Positions 1 to 13,440 of a stretch of 64,000 bases of DNA are shown here, piece by piece. Both the position numbers and the translations under genes were made by a program. The notes beneath the pieces were generated by a model that did no database searches, was not told the origin of the DNA, and was given only the letters and a program-made list of their open reading frames with translations. Position 1 is the stretch's first letter. Each line of letters opens with the position of its first letter. The DNA comes from Negaprion brevirostris (taxonomy: Eukaryota): NCBI GenBank assembly GCA_030324005.1, contig JARDVH010000001.1, positions 113,626,077 through 113,690,076 on the forward strand, read 5' to 3'.

Positions 1-599
1 AAAGGGGAAAATTAGGTTGTAGGGGTGGGGCGACGTCTGTGGAGGCCATCGCTCCTGCTTTTGGCTCCCAGACCGCTTTATCCGCTTTTTGCAATCCAGG
101 AGCGATTTTCAAATTTTTTTCTAACTGCACACGCGCAATTCAGAACTCCAATCATTTTAGGCACGCTAAGTCCCGCCACAGCACAATTCAACTCACGATT
201 GTTTTTTCAGGCTAAGTGCTAACGGGGAGGGCCTGAAAGCAAATTTCCTAGTTGGATCTGAATTGTGCCCAGATTCAGCACTTAGAATCAAAATGATAAA
301 ATCAGGCCTAATGTGACAAACATTAGAACAACCTGTACCTTGTGTACTTTAAACTTTCCAGTCTCTACAGGTGGCAAATTTAGCACATAGATCAAAGTAA
401 TTCATGACAAGAAGTAGAGGAACAGTAATGCTACAGGTTGTAGTAAAGCTCCAAGTCACAGCCATTCGCTGGGTCGAGGTTGTGTAGTCTAAATCTAGTT
501 CAGGATTCTGCAAGTCCTCGAAAACATGTATGACAGATACAGAAGTTGTTATCAGTCAGTACTCAGTCACAGAACAAGGGAAGCAGCCCAAAGAACATG

Positions 600-2560
600 A
601 AAGTAATATGGCCGTAGATAAAATTTCTGCACCCACAATAGAAATAATCATTGAAATTCACAACTTACCTTTATGATAGATACAGCTGCAACAATGTCTG
701 TTATCTTAGAAAGATAGTATAAGAAGTGTTAAGTCACATTCCTTTATTCAAAATTGGTGTGATGTTGATAATAGTCTTCCAGTGTTAAGTGAAATTAGTG
801 TTAAAGTAGAATATAATGATGCGTCCTATTATTTGCCATTGGTAGTAGCAGGAGGCAAGGAAGGCTCCCTGATGTGATGGAAAGAACTGGTGTAAGAAAA
901 TATGGTTAAACTGGGCCAAATGTGAGCTGATATACTTTGGAAGAATAGACAAGATGAGGGAGTATTTAATGAATGGCAGGTCACTGGGTAGCACAGAGGG
1001 ACAAAGGGATCTTGGAGTAATTAGTCACAGATCTCTAAAGGCAGCAGAGTGCATGAATAGGGTAGTTAAGAAGGCATAAGAAAAGACACTCACTTTCATC
1101 AGTCATGGTATAGAGTATAAGAACAAGGAAGTAATGTTGGGGTTTTACAGAGTGTTGGTTGGGCCTCATCTCAAGTACTGAGTGTAGTCCTGGTCACTTC
1201 ACTTTAGTACTAGAGGGGAGGTTTTCGAGGATGTTGCCCGGGATGGAGCACTTGAGATATAAGGAGAGGTTGGATAGACTTGGATGTTTTCTTTAGAGCA
1301 GAGAAGGCTAAGGGGGACATAATTGAGGTCTAAAAGATTATAAGGGGGTCTGGACAGGTTGAGTAGGGAGCAGTTGTTTCTCTTGGTTGAAAAGTTTACC
1401 ACATGGCAGCATAGTTTTAGGTTAAGGGGCAGGATATTCAGAGGAGAGTTGAGAAAAACTTTTACACTCAGAGGGTGGTGGGAATCTGGAATGCACTGCC
1501 TGGGAAGGTAGTGGAAAGTTTGTGCTGCTAAATAAACCTGTTGGACTTTAACCTGGTGTTGTGAGACTTCTCACAAAGGTAATGGAGGCCAAAAACTTTA
1601 CAACCTTTAAAAAATATTTCGATGAGCACCTGGCATATCATAACATACAAGGATATGGGACAAGTGAAGGAAAATGGGATTAGCGTCCCTTTAGTGGTAG
1701 CCATTGTTAGTGTAAACTCAATGGGCCGAAGGGCCTTTTCTGTGCAGTATACCTCTATGGCTCTATGACAAAGTTTTTTACAGTAGGAATCAGTAAGCAT
1801 ATATCCATCATTAAGGAAATGCTAAGAGAGTACAAAGTGGTCTTTGAACAAGGAGAACTAAATAATAAAATCACACAGCACAAGGCAGAAGTCATTTAGA
1901 AAACAATGTACAGTTAGAAGCAGTAAGTAAAGACCTAGTTAGATCATAAAGAACTGTGTAAATTAGAAAGGTGAAGAACAGTGAACAGGCCACACCCATT
2001 GTGGTCATTCTGACAACAGAGGATTTGTGGAGACAATAAACAAACTGTAAGTAAAGTAATTCAAAGTGATACTTACTGCCTACTAGTGAGGGTTTGTTTT
2101 CTAATTTAACCACTGTAAGTGTGTTCAGTAAGATGGACGTGTGAAGTGTATATTAACAATTGGTATTAACTGACAAGAGCAAGGAACTGCTTACCATTCA
2201 TAAATATAAAGGGTTGTACCCAATTAAAAGGTTATTATTTAGGGCATTGCTACTCCCACAGTGCTCTAACCATCATGAGTCAGGTGACATTCCACTTAGA
2301 GAAAAAGAGCACATTGTAAAGTTGAACAAATTTCTAGATTGACTTCAAAAAGCAATAAAGCTTAAAGAGCCAATGTTGCTTCAAATGTAGCATTACTTGG
2401 TCACCAAACAGATGGTGAAGGTGACAACCTTCAGGAGAAGTTTATGAGGATTCTGAAATCAAAGATACAAGAGAACAGAAAGAGGTGGTTGGTATATTCG
2501 GAACCAAGTCAACAATACCAACAGCCTTATAACACATGGTTGTTGTATCTCTTCCTCATC
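600..2560 (+). mobile_element. Decayed Ty3/Gypsy LTR-retrotransposon pol remnant, split by a CR1 insertion
   Basis: Protease-like IDTAATMSVI near 676 and LPLVVAGG near 833. RT-like ATPIVVIL/RICGD near 1988-2035 and SKELLTIHKYKGLY..KRLLF at 2178-2245. Many stops and frameshifts. Confidence 0.7.
910..1768 (+). mobile_element. 5'-truncated CR1 LINE (ORF2 C-terminus and 3' tail)
   Basis: KCELIYFGR, QRDLGV and RVVGIWNALP-type ORF2 motifs; tail atgggccgaagggcc...ctctatggctctatg. Confidence 0.85.
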
Positions 2561-2584
2561 TAATGGTGCACAAGGCAGACTTTC

Positions 2585-2866
2585 ATCTGTTTCCACAGTG
2601 AGTTTTTCCTGGAACGAGTCACTAGCCTGTAACCAGGGGCTTGTAGCGTGAGGACCACTCCGAATTAAGCATGGCTGACCAGGAGTCTCTCCTGCTGTTA
2701 CGGCTGGCCATTGGTGTATGTTAGCACAATATTGTAAGTTGATACTCAACATGTTGGCCATATTAATAATGCACCTTCCTTGGTCATCAAGTCCTGGTGT
2801 GGGTCTCAAACCCACAGCTTCTGTCTCAGAGGCAGAAACACTACCCACTATGCCACAAGACTCCCA
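2585..2866 (-). mobile_element. tRNA-derived SINE
   Basis: Minus strand starts gggagtcttgtggcatagtgggtag (A box) followed by gggtttgagaccc (B-box-like). Confidence 0.6.
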
Positions 2867-4657
2867 ATTTTATGATATATGGCTGGCTTTTATTTAACTA
2901 TGTCCCAAGTAGCTGAGTACTTCCTATCTCAAATNNNNNNNNNNNNNNNNTTGAAATAAAGACACAAAATTTCAGCAGGTCTGGCGGCTTCTGTGGAGCG
3001 AAAAGTTTAGTTAATGGGTGATTTTTGAGCCTGCATTAGCACAAACAGCGACGCAGGCCCAAAATATGAGAATTGGAAAATGAAATTCTTGCCGGTGAAG
3101 TCTCGTTTTCCGATTTTCCCTGCCCCCCGATGATGGTGTAAAGAGGTTGGATCTGCTGGGTCACAAAGGTAGATATAGCCCCGGGGAGAAGGGGCAAGGA
3201 CACTGCTCCGGCACTGCCAGTGCAGTCTGGCAGTGCTGGTTTAAGTCTGCTGGGGACCCCCAGTGAGAGTGTTTCCCCTTATGTCTGTTTGGGTTAATGG
3301 GAGAAGTATTGTTTTATATCAAAGGGGAGCATCCTAATCTCTTTGGAGCCGATGTTGCCTGCTCTATCTGGTGCCACCCCACCAGCATGATGGCGAAAAC
3401 TGCGCCCTGAGATCTTCAGTGCCCAGAGTGCCAAATAATCTAGAGAGAAAACTCAGCTGTACACCAGTTTTCTCTGTGCACAGGAGTACAAAATTCCACC
3501 CAATGTTTTGAATCTGCATGACTTCTTCAGAGCTGTATTCAGTGTCCTGTGCTGTCTCCTCCTGTAATAAGGGCAAGTAAAGAGCTATGAGTGAGTATAT
3601 TGGCATGTACTCATCCGATGGATAATATGTAATTAGTCAGGGTATCTATGAAGTAGAGGAACAATATTATAAAATGATAAGGGTTAATGGAAGTGTTGGA
3701 TATAAAGTTATGGATGTGCAAAGAGATGAATGGGTGTACCAGCAAGGTAAGTAGCTGTGAGGAGTGATGTGATGGAGTCAGCTTGAGAAGGCAGAGTAAA
3801 GTGTTGGGGTGTTAGGTACAGCAAATGTAGGTGTGCAACTGTATCCTGCACTTGTCTTTTCAGACATACTTCAGTCATTAATCTGCTTTCTACATTGAAT
3901 ACTGGAGCATAGCACCACATTCCTGCTGCTGACATCTGTTTTTTCCATATGTAATTAGATTTATGTCTTCTACACAATATACCTTGCGTGAACAACTGAA
4001 CACTTTGAATATGTAGTCCATATGAGATGCTATTATTCTATATATCTCTAAAAAAATGACAGCTAGGTACTCAAGTTAATACAAAGTTTCACAGTCATTG
4101 ACCTGGACACACATAACACTCAGATCCCAAGTATTTTTACAATGGATAGTTTTTACCACTGTGAAAATGGGGTAACATATCCAAATCACACTCTGCTGTT
4201 TTCATTAAGTAACAATTCTGTTAAATGTAGGCATTTTAATGATATTCACATTTTTTCCTTCTTACAAAAGAACAGTTCTATAAAGGTATTCACTTGAGTA
4301 GAAATGTCTCATTACCTAATAACATTATTTAGATGATGAGAAGTTTACTGGTCTTACAGCATGAACGTGAGGACTGTATGGTCTTGTTTTTAATTCTGAT
4401 GGTGCTGGAAAAAGACAGAATAGGGTGATGTTAACTATCAGGATCAAGCAGTTCGATCTTAACCTATGCCACTTTAAATGTAGGAGTCAGGCTATGGGCT
4501 TCTGCAGGCAAAATGCAAATAACATATCAATGGCATTTATAATAGTGTGCAAGAGGAAGACATGGCCTATGGATCCTCAGCAATTGATCCATGGCCAGTG
4601 CCACAGGGTGGATGACTCACTTATTGCTCTTAGGAGATCAGCCACGATCTTATTGAT

Positions 4658-4746
4658 CAGCCATGATCTTATTGAATGGCGGGGCAGGCTCGAAGGGCTA
4701 GATGGCCTACTCCTACTCCTATTTCTTATGTTCTTATGTTCTTATA
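4658..4746 (+). mobile_element. Young CR1-family 3' terminus with (TTCTTATG)n tail
   Basis: cagccatgatcttattgaatggcggggcaggctcgaagggctagatggcctactcct is near-identical to copies at 8511-8585 and 32001-32085. Confidence 0.85.
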
Positions 4747-6349
4747 AGCCTTTGGCCTCCACCTACCCAAACTCCCACATTTCTTCCACGATCAGCATTC
4801 CCCAGACCTCTTATTTTTTAGTTTATTCCCCATCCTCCTGATTACTGACCTGTGCTCCTTCCCAAGGGTAGGTACTGTCCTAATGGTCCTTGACTGTGGC
4901 CTCCTGCCCCGGTGTTCCTTCCCACCCACTGGCCCATTTGTCACTTTGATGGCCTGCAGGGCAGGAGGTAATGCTCCAATCTGTTAATAAGACCTTGCCT
5001 TTGAAATTGAGAAGAACTCCACATTCCCAACTTTGCCAAGTTCTTCAGACAATTTCGGCCTTCCAAACACTTTCCCTCCCTTTTCATTAATGTCAGACCA
5101 GTGCTAACAACTCCATCAGTGTATGATACAGTATGTACAAATAGGTTTGGTTGCTCCAATTTTTTGAGTTTCTATTTTTAAATAGGGTAGCTGTTAAATG
5201 GTTGCATTGAAATCCATATGATAGATTTCTACAATAGTCTATATATAACTATGAGAACACTGCCATTTAAAGCAAGATCCTGGATAAACTCCAGACAGAT
5301 GAATACTGTGCCCGGTTTATTTTAACTTAGTCTAAATGATAAATAGTGGAAGAAATTACAGAGCTTCTATTAATTTCAAGTAAAGATAGATGTAGTTGTA
5401 ATAGTATGATTAAAAGCCAAGCTTTCAAATCAGTATCCACTCACTACATTACAGTTCAAAGTAAATCACATTTTTAGTCATAAAACATGTATCGACTTAC
5501 TGAACTTGAAAATAGTTGAAATGTACACTGTGATTCACATCCATTCTTAAAAGGTTATGCAGTTTAAATTACGTAAAAAGACACAAATACTTCCAGAATA
5601 ATAGTGGAATTTCCTGTGTATTTACACCTAAGAACAAATATAATTAGGCGTAATAGAAGAGAGAAACTCAGGTGCAGGTGTATAGTGCACATAATTCTAT
5701 TATCTCTTGATCATTTTGCTGCACCTCATTGTGATTTTTCCAAAGTTATTTTTAATCCTCAGAGACCTGCACTGTAATTCCTCTGTTTCGGCAAATGCAT
5801 TTCCACAGGATCAGTATGAGTCATGTTAAAAATGGAAAGTTTCCACAACTTAGGTATGCTATGCCTGAGAGGCATCAGCGATAGCTAGGAAGCTTGAAAC
5901 TTCAATTTTAACGTTTAAGGAAGGAATATATGGTACATGTCCCATGCTTTTCTGTGGCCCCAGCAGTTTAAATTAATTTCTGTTTGTTTATATTTGATTT
6001 TTATGTTCCAGGATATACAAATAAGATTGACAGAAAATTCAGGCATAAGTTGACTTTGGCAAATTGTGCTCATGAGCAGGCAAATTTTCAACTCATCGAC
6101 AATTACAGTCCTACAGGAAATTCCATCCTAATGTCTTTATATTTCAAATTGTTTCATCGTCCAGTTTACATTTATCAATACAGAAATTAAAAATTTACAA
6201 CACCCTTTTTATTGCTGGCAGTGTCACTTTAAAAGTCACTTCAAAAGTCAAACATGGCTAGCAACAATCTAGCCCCGCAATAGTTTGCAGAAAATCAGCA
6301 TTTCAAACATCATTTTTGTTTGATTCTTTCATTACCTATAAAATCAGAA

Positions 6350-7465
6350 GAATTTGGAGTAGATCCAAATCCTCAAATCTAATCTGCCATTTAAAAAGAT
6401 GGTGGCTCACCTGATCTGATTGTGCCACTTTCCTGCAAGCCAACCAGCCCCTCCCTCCCCTCATCCCTCCCAACCTCATAATCCTTGACTTCCTCATTGA
6501 TTAAAAATCTTTCTAACTAAGGCTTGGATATATTCAATGACTCAGCCTCCTGTACTCTCAGTGGTGGAGAATTCCAAAGATTCACGACACTCAGGGAAGA
6601 AGTTCCTCCTCATCTCCATCTTAAATGGGACATTCCTTTTTGTTAAACTGCTCTCCCATTCCAGATTCCCCCACAAAAGAAAACATTCTCTCAGCATCTA
6701 CCTTGTCAAGCTCCCTCAGAATGTTAATGTTTAGTTAAGAACACCTCCTGTTCTAAACTCCAATGTGTACAGGCCCGACCTGCTCAATCTTTCCTCATTA
6801 GAAAACCCTTCGTCCCAAGAATCAGCCTAGTGTACCTTCTCTGGACATTCTCAATGTAAGTCATATCCGTCCTTAAATCAGGAGACCAAACTATACATAG
6901 TACTCTTGGTATGGCCTTGGTGAGTCATATACAGCACAGGAGGAGGCTGTTCAGCCCATTGAGTGCATGTTGGCTCCCCAAGCAGCAAACCACAATATCC
7001 CACTCCCCTGCTTGAACCCATTGCTGACCTAATTTCTTTTTGAAATCAGGTGTTGTTTCACTTTCACCACCCTGATGGGCAGCAAATTCCAAGTCATTAA
7101 CAGTTGCTGAATAAAAACATTCTTCATATTCCCCTGCATCTCATACTCAATTAATCTGTGTTCCCCCCTTATGAGCCATCAGATCATGAGATGAATTTTT
7201 CCTTGTCGAATTTATCGAAGCCTTTCATAATCTTATGTATCTTTATCAAATCTTCCATCAATCTCCTTTGCCCCAAGGAGCACAACCCCAGACTTTCCAA
7301 CCTAACTTTGTAACTAAACCATTCCATTCCTGACACCATGCCTGCAAACATCTGGCAAATCTCCTCTGCACCTCTTAAGGATCTTTACATCTTTCCTCCA
7401 CTTGGGGTCGAACTAGATATTTATAAAGATCCATCATAGCTTCTCTGCTTTTATACTTGATGCAT
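6350..7465 (-). mobile_element. Two adjacent degraded CR1 LINE 3' fragments
   Basis: Reverse-complement CR1 ORF2 3' motifs (ggagaattccaaagattcac, ccttaaatcaggagaccaaa); a second tail starts near 6922 (gtcatatacagcacaggaggagg). Confidence 0.7.
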
Positions 7466-7559
7466 CTGGAGAGGTGAAGTACCCTTTGGGATTTATAAAA
7501 GTAGAGTGTGTGGGTGAATGGGATTTTTTGATTTTTTTTAAAGGATCTGTCCTGGCGAG

Positions 7560-9000
7560 TAAATCAGGGAGAATCCCACTAGTAGCAACAGTGGGGAAAG
7601 TTGTTGTACGCTCAGCTTCATTAACAATTTATTTTCCACAGATTTTACATATGCTTGTAGCAGCTTGCCTCAATTTCACTCATCCTAGGAAAGCTTAATC
7701 ATCCACCTACATTCTCCCCAACTGCCTCATTGGAGGATAAACACAATTGGTGTGAGCAAACAGAGACTGACGGAGTCACGCCTGAGCTGGAATCCCTAAT
7801 GCTTTTTGAGGAACAAGCTCTTGAGCTGGCTGGCGAGAAGCAGGACTGCATAGGGTATGGTGGAGGCAAGAAACAAAAGTGAGAGCCATCAACACATCCA
7901 GCCATGGTGCAGGCCTCACATGAATTAACTTTCTCTCATCAGTGAGCCCCTTTCATATACTAATGCCATGTCGCTTCCCTTGCAGGTCAATTAGTCGACC
8001 TGCCCAGACTATCCTCATGCCCTCTGGAGATTACAGACCAAGCAGTTCTGATGGAGACATCTTGGAGCTGACCATCGAGGAGGCATCACAGCTGTCACCC
8101 ACACCCTCCACCAGTGCAGATAGACACACCTCAGTGGGAATTGTCAGGCTTCTGGGTCACATGTTGGTGAGCACCTCATAGCTGAAGATCCACAGCAGGC
8201 AAAGGAGAAAAGGATGTATGAAGCATCCAGCAGTCTGAGGGACTCTCAGCCCCAGGCTGATGATGCGACCCTGTATGTGGTCATCCCAGAGCTACTGGAG
8301 TTACAAAGGCAGAGTCGTGAGCATCAGGAAGTGATTGGTCGCCGCACTTACGCAAGGATATTTTGGCCTTGGAGGGAGTGCAGAGGAGGTTTACTAGGCT
8401 GATACCGGAGTNNNNNNNNNNNNNNNNNNNNNNNNNNNNNNNNNNNNNNNNNNNNNNNNNNNNNNNNNNNNNNNNNNNNNNNNNNNNNNNNNNNNNNNNN
8501 NNNNNNNNNNNATCTTATTGAATGGCGGGGCAGGCTCGAAGGGCTAGATGGCCTACTCCTGCTCCTATTTCTTATGTTCTTATGATAACAGCATGCTTTC
8601 TTGGACCCATCGCTTCTATGGAAATGACACTGTCACTCCAATGCAAAGAGGCCAACACTGCAAAGGTGGTGGCCACAGTGGAGATCTTGGCGCAGAATGC
8701 GCATACCATGGCGGGGGATGTTCTATGGCTCAGCTCATCAGTTCCACGTCTGAGGGCTTGAGTTCCATTGTGCAGGGCTTCGACTGCATGGTGCAGGTGC
8801 TTATTGGAATCCATGAGTGGCAACTCAAGCACTGCAGGACTTCTGAATCTCACTTCAGCTGTTCCAACATCTCATGGAGGAACCCAGGGACCCCCAGGAA
8901 TGGAAGAGAGCAGGAGTGCAGCCCCAGGACCTCCAACCAGGAGACCCTGGGCTCTCCAGCTCATCTGACACCCCCTTCTCTGTGAGTGACACACTCCAGC
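7560..9000 (+). mobile_element. Probable PIF/Harbinger Myb/SANT-like accessory gene remnant
   Basis: GC-richer segment. TD-GVTPELESLMLFEEQALELAG near 7765-7835 resembles the TGGG..LT.FEE..L motif of Harbinger Myb-like proteins. Degenerate. Confidence 0.4.
8511..8585 (+). mobile_element. Young CR1 3' terminus next to an assembly gap
   Basis: Same tail sequence as 4658-4746. Confidence 0.85.
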
Positions 9001-9809
9001 CCCACACATGGAGAAAGGTAGCACTGCAACATGCTTGTATCCCAAAAGTATGCCCGGACGCTCAGGTGATGCCTGTCAAGATCTTCTCAAGCAACACGGA
9101 GTGGAAGTCAGCTGGCTATAGGTGAATATTAACTTTGTTCACCCATGCAGAACCTCCACATTGTAATGTCACGGTGCCAAACTCCGTAAACTCTGCGCAA
9201 ACTCAGTGCTCCCTCCTTGTGCAATGGGAGAATAGAAGTGCTATATTCTCTCCCATCACTCATACTACTGACACAGTAAGCCCATGCTACTTCTGGCACA
9301 GGCCCCTATGCATGCACAGCACCTGTGGTGCCCCATGCCCCTCCCCACCCCAATGCAATACTCAGCACACAGTTGTCTCTTGCCTGCCAGCAATCTCTTG
9401 CAATGAGAATGAAAATTGGTTAAAAATGTGTCAGAGTCTATCCACTCATCAGCAGATAAAGAAACACACCAGGGCTTGTGGCCTCAGAGTAGTTGGGATG
9501 TGTCATTCAGCCTCCCTGGGCCCCTAGATCACCCTGTTCAGCGGCAGGTTGCATTCAGCTCCCTGTCAGGCACAAGTCAGACATTTCATGGAGGATAAAA
9601 GGAACCTCACTCTGTCTGCACTACAAGACACCATTATTTTCTTGCAGCATTCAGTCAATTGCTTTAACGCTTTGCCTACGAATGTAGTAACCATCTTGAT
9701 GACCTCTCAGAGACACCATAGTTTTGAGCAGGTATCAGACCCCATGGTGAGAGAGGCCTTCACACCAGGGTCATGGTCGCTCTCAAACTAAGAGGCTGTG
9801 GGGGTGTCC

Positions 9810-9940
9810 CTAACACCCAGAGGAAATCCATGCAAGTATGGGGAGAACGTACAGACTCCACACAGACAATGACCCAAGCCAGAAATCGAACCTAGGTCCC
9901 TGGCGCTGTGAGGCTGCAGTACTAACTACAGTGCCATCAT
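9810..9940 (-). mobile_element. tRNA-derived V-SINE/HE1-like SINE 5' part
   Basis: gagaacgtacagactccacacaga...aatcgaacctaggtccctggcgctgtgaggctgcagtactaactac; related to the copy at 31.5-31.6 kb. Confidence 0.75.
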
Positions 9941-10694
9941 GCTGCTTAATCCTCTAGGGCATGATTTTGCAACCCATTTTAGCCAACTCTGCCGTCATAT
10001 CCTTGTAAATTGCCTTTATTTAAGTTTAATGTACAAGTTTCAGACCCAAACTTCTCACCCTCAAACTGAGTACCTGTGTGTTGAATTGTTTGCATGCATC
10101 CAACCTGAAAAATATAATAGTGTTGTGTCATTATGTTGTTGAAGATCATTTTAAAAATATGGAGAACTATAAAAAGTTATATTTTTCATTCACCGTGCTG
10201 CTTTTAAAGAGTTTGGAGTTGCCATATGTTGATTTTGCTTTCTGTGTGCAGGTAACAAAGTAAGCATGCCTTTGAATGCTCCACTTAATACATTTATTTT
10301 AAATTAAAGATTAACTCCTGAGTTGAATTATTCATTTGTAGGCATAAGCTTAATTGACAAAAACTATGTTTCAAATTCAACAATCCCTACTCTAGCTCTC
10401 CTTAATTATAATGCATGTCATAGCTTCCAATCTCACTGTAGATGATCTGCTTCAAGCCAGTTGTTCTTCTCACATCTTGTTAGATAAGCCTCAACATTTA
10501 AGGATAAATATTTTCACAGCCATTTTGCTTTCTGTATACTTTCCGTCACTAATGTTCTGGCCAATTTTTGTGTTGCATTGTGTATTTCTTTCATTGTTTC
10601 GGCTGCTCTCCTGTCTTCAAGCAGCTTGACATGATTTATTACATTAAAGATATACTATAAATAAAAACTAGTTGTTTTATCTCTGTTCTCAGTT

Positions 10695-11845
10695 AAGAAC
10701 ATCAGAACAGAAGCCCCTCAAGCCTATTCCACCATTTGATGAAATCATGGCTAATGTGACATATCTCCACATCTATGCCATTGCACCATACCCTTGGTTC
10801 ACAAAAACCCACCAAACCCAGAATTTAAATTTACAATTGATTTGGCATTAGTTATCACATGAAGAAGTGAATTCCAAACCTCTAATGCTCTGTGCATAGA
10901 GGTCAGAATTTTACTGCCCTGCCCGCCATGAGAATTGGAGCAGGTGAGGGACGGAGCATGGGAAGGTCCATTGAACTCAGGTGGATTTTATGGTTTTGGG
11001 ACGAGCAAGGCCAGATTCTTTTCCTAGTTTCTTTTTTGATAAACACCCAGTCCTGAAATTAGCAGCAGCAGGTAAGGTGGTCAGGAAGGCATACAGGATA
11101 CTTGGCTTTATTGGCCAAGGCATAGAATGTAAGTGCAGGGAGGCTATGCTCGATCAATATTAAAAATAGACTGCATCAGAAGTATGGAGCACAGTTGTGG
11201 TCACACTGCAGGAAGGATGTAATCGCACTAGAGAGAAAACAGGCAATTTATCAGGATATTATCAGGAAAGGAGAATTTTAGCTATGAGTAAAGATTTGAA
11301 AGGTTGGGTTGGTCTNNNNNNNNNNNNNNNNNNNNNNNNNNNNNNNNNNNNNNNNNNNNNNNNNNNNNNNNNNNNNNNNNNNNNNNNNNNNNNNNNNNNN
11401 NNNNNNNNNNNNNNNTTGGTCTTTTTTTGGAACCGAGATAGCTTGGGGGAGAATTAAGTGAGGTGTATAAAATCTGAGTGGCATAGATACAATGGATAGG
11501 AAGCACCTATTCCCCTAGCAGAGGGGTAATTAAGCAAAGGGCATAATGTTAAAATTATTAGTAGTATTGGTGAGGAGTAGATGAGTATTTATTCATTCAG
11601 AGGGCCATCCCCTCAAAGGTGAATATATCCTCCCTGAGGTGTGATTTCCAAAGCAGCTCACAATACTCCAGCAATACAGAGGTATAACCAGGTCTGTAGC
11701 ATGTCTTCTATCCCATTGTACTNNNNNNNNNNCATTAGCCTTTTTGATTATTTTCCATAACTGTTCATGACATTTTAATGACCTAGGTATCAAGAATTTC
11801 AAGTCCCTTTGCACTTCCACTGTTTCCAGCTTTGCACCATTTATC
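10695..11845. mobile_element. Cluster of CR1 fragments in both orientations around gaps
   Basis: Plus strand KVVRKAYRILGFIGQGIECK (11090-11135); minus strand VQRDLKFLIPRSLK..KKAN (11735-11820). Confidence 0.75.
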
Positions 11846-12170
11846 TGTTTTACGGTGATGTTTCCAGTACAGTGAAGCTACATGGCAATGTGAGCAATTC
11901 CTGATAATGGATCTCTTCCTAAGTCTTTAGGTCTTATGGTATCTCGTGAATCTCAGAACTGGGAAAGAGAACACTTGTTCACTTTTGGCACTTAATGTGA
12001 GTAGTAAATACTTCCAGATCTGATGCCCTAATTACAAAATAACATTTCCTACTGTACTGGAAGAATTCTCTATCTTCCAAGTCATTTTTCTGACCGTGAT
12101 GGCACAAAACTGGTTGCCTCAGAAAAATGTAATTTAATAGCAATTGATATTGGATTATGGACAGACTCAC

Positions 12171-12694
12171 TAGAAATAGGATTTAAACTTCTGAAACTCA
12201 TTGTACAATGGACTCTCAAAGCTGCTATTGATCTGGGTAAATTGTGTGGAAACCCAGGTCTCAGAGGTGGAGGGCAATTTTCCTCATTGCTACTTTATAT
12301 TTGTAGTCTTTGTTCTTCCCAGCTGATATGACAGCGGTTTTTATTTTTCTAAAACTATGAGACATTGTCCTGCAAGGGAAAGAAAGGGCATTGCATTATT
12401 TAAACAAAGATTTAAAAACCAAGTAGTTTCTCTCAATTTTATCAGAACAACAAATACCAATGTATTTTTTAAGAAACATCAGAGGCGTAAGATTTTCTCA
12501 GTGCAAGCTCAAAGGGACTCTCTCCATATTTCTGTTTTCTAATGATGTGCTATTTGGTTGATGTCCAACTAAAATTTTTGTATCATATTTGGCACAATGA
12601 ACAAACTCCTCCAGCAAATTCAAATCATATTTTAATATAGTGGGGGACTGCAGTTTCACAAAATAGTTGAATGTAAACTGTATCAAGTTCCAAA
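12171..12694 (-). pseudogene. Candidate decayed exon of an unidentified minus-strand gene
   Basis: Strong acceptor ttcttttttgcag, phase 1, reading WNLIQFTFNYFVKLQSPTILKYDLNLLEEFVHCAKYD before stops; gtgagt donor near 12170. Confidence 0.35.
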
Positions 12695-13325
12695 CTGCAA
12701 AAAAGAACTAAAATATGGTATAAACAGACACTGAAAAAGTGACAAACAGACTCAATCTTACCAAAAATTGGCAAGTGTCAGGGTCTGTTTGAAAATGACT
12801 GTGTTTCTCTCCAGAGAAACAGGCAGGTTTACTCTCAGATCTCTTCACTTTGGCATAGGATGACACTGCCGCGTTGGCACAGTTACAATTGTTCGGCCAT
12901 GTCCCTTTTCCCTGGGGTTATATTTACCTTTGCATCCCTGAGAGACCCCAACAACAGGTTCATATTTAGGTGTCAATATACAGGTGGTGGTGGTGGTGGT
13001 GGGATCCCTAATCACAGGTCAATTACCCACTTAAAAAGTATATGCTGTAAACAAGACAGCTATGAATCAAGAATTATACATAAACAACTTTGCTATTCTA
13101 CTCAAAGAAATGAATAAGATGTGACATTCATCTTTCCTGAACTCAAGGATCATGAAATTTGATCAAAAATGCAAAAGGTACAGTGCTATTTTTTATGTGA
13201 AATATACAGGATGTCATTGGTTAAGGTAGGTTTTTCTGGCCTTCCTTTCCTTTTCCATTAGAGACAGNNNNNNNNNNNNNNNNNNNNNNNNNNNNNNNNN
13301 NNNNNNNNNNNNNNNNNNNNNNNNN

Positions 13326-13440
13326 AATCCTTCAGTACTGCTGTGAAGTGTCAGCCTAGGTTTTTGTGCACAAGTCCTGGATGGGACTTGGAACCAACTG
13401 TTTGACTGAGAGGTAAGAGTGCTTACTGAGCCACAGCTGG
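13326..13440 (-). mobile_element. Deu-core SINE (SacSINE1/AmnSINE-like) 5' fragment
   Basis: ccttcagtactgc..gaagtgtcagcctag..tgtgcacaagtcctgg..gggacttggaacc..tgagaggtaagagtgct..ctgagccacagctg. Confidence 0.65.
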
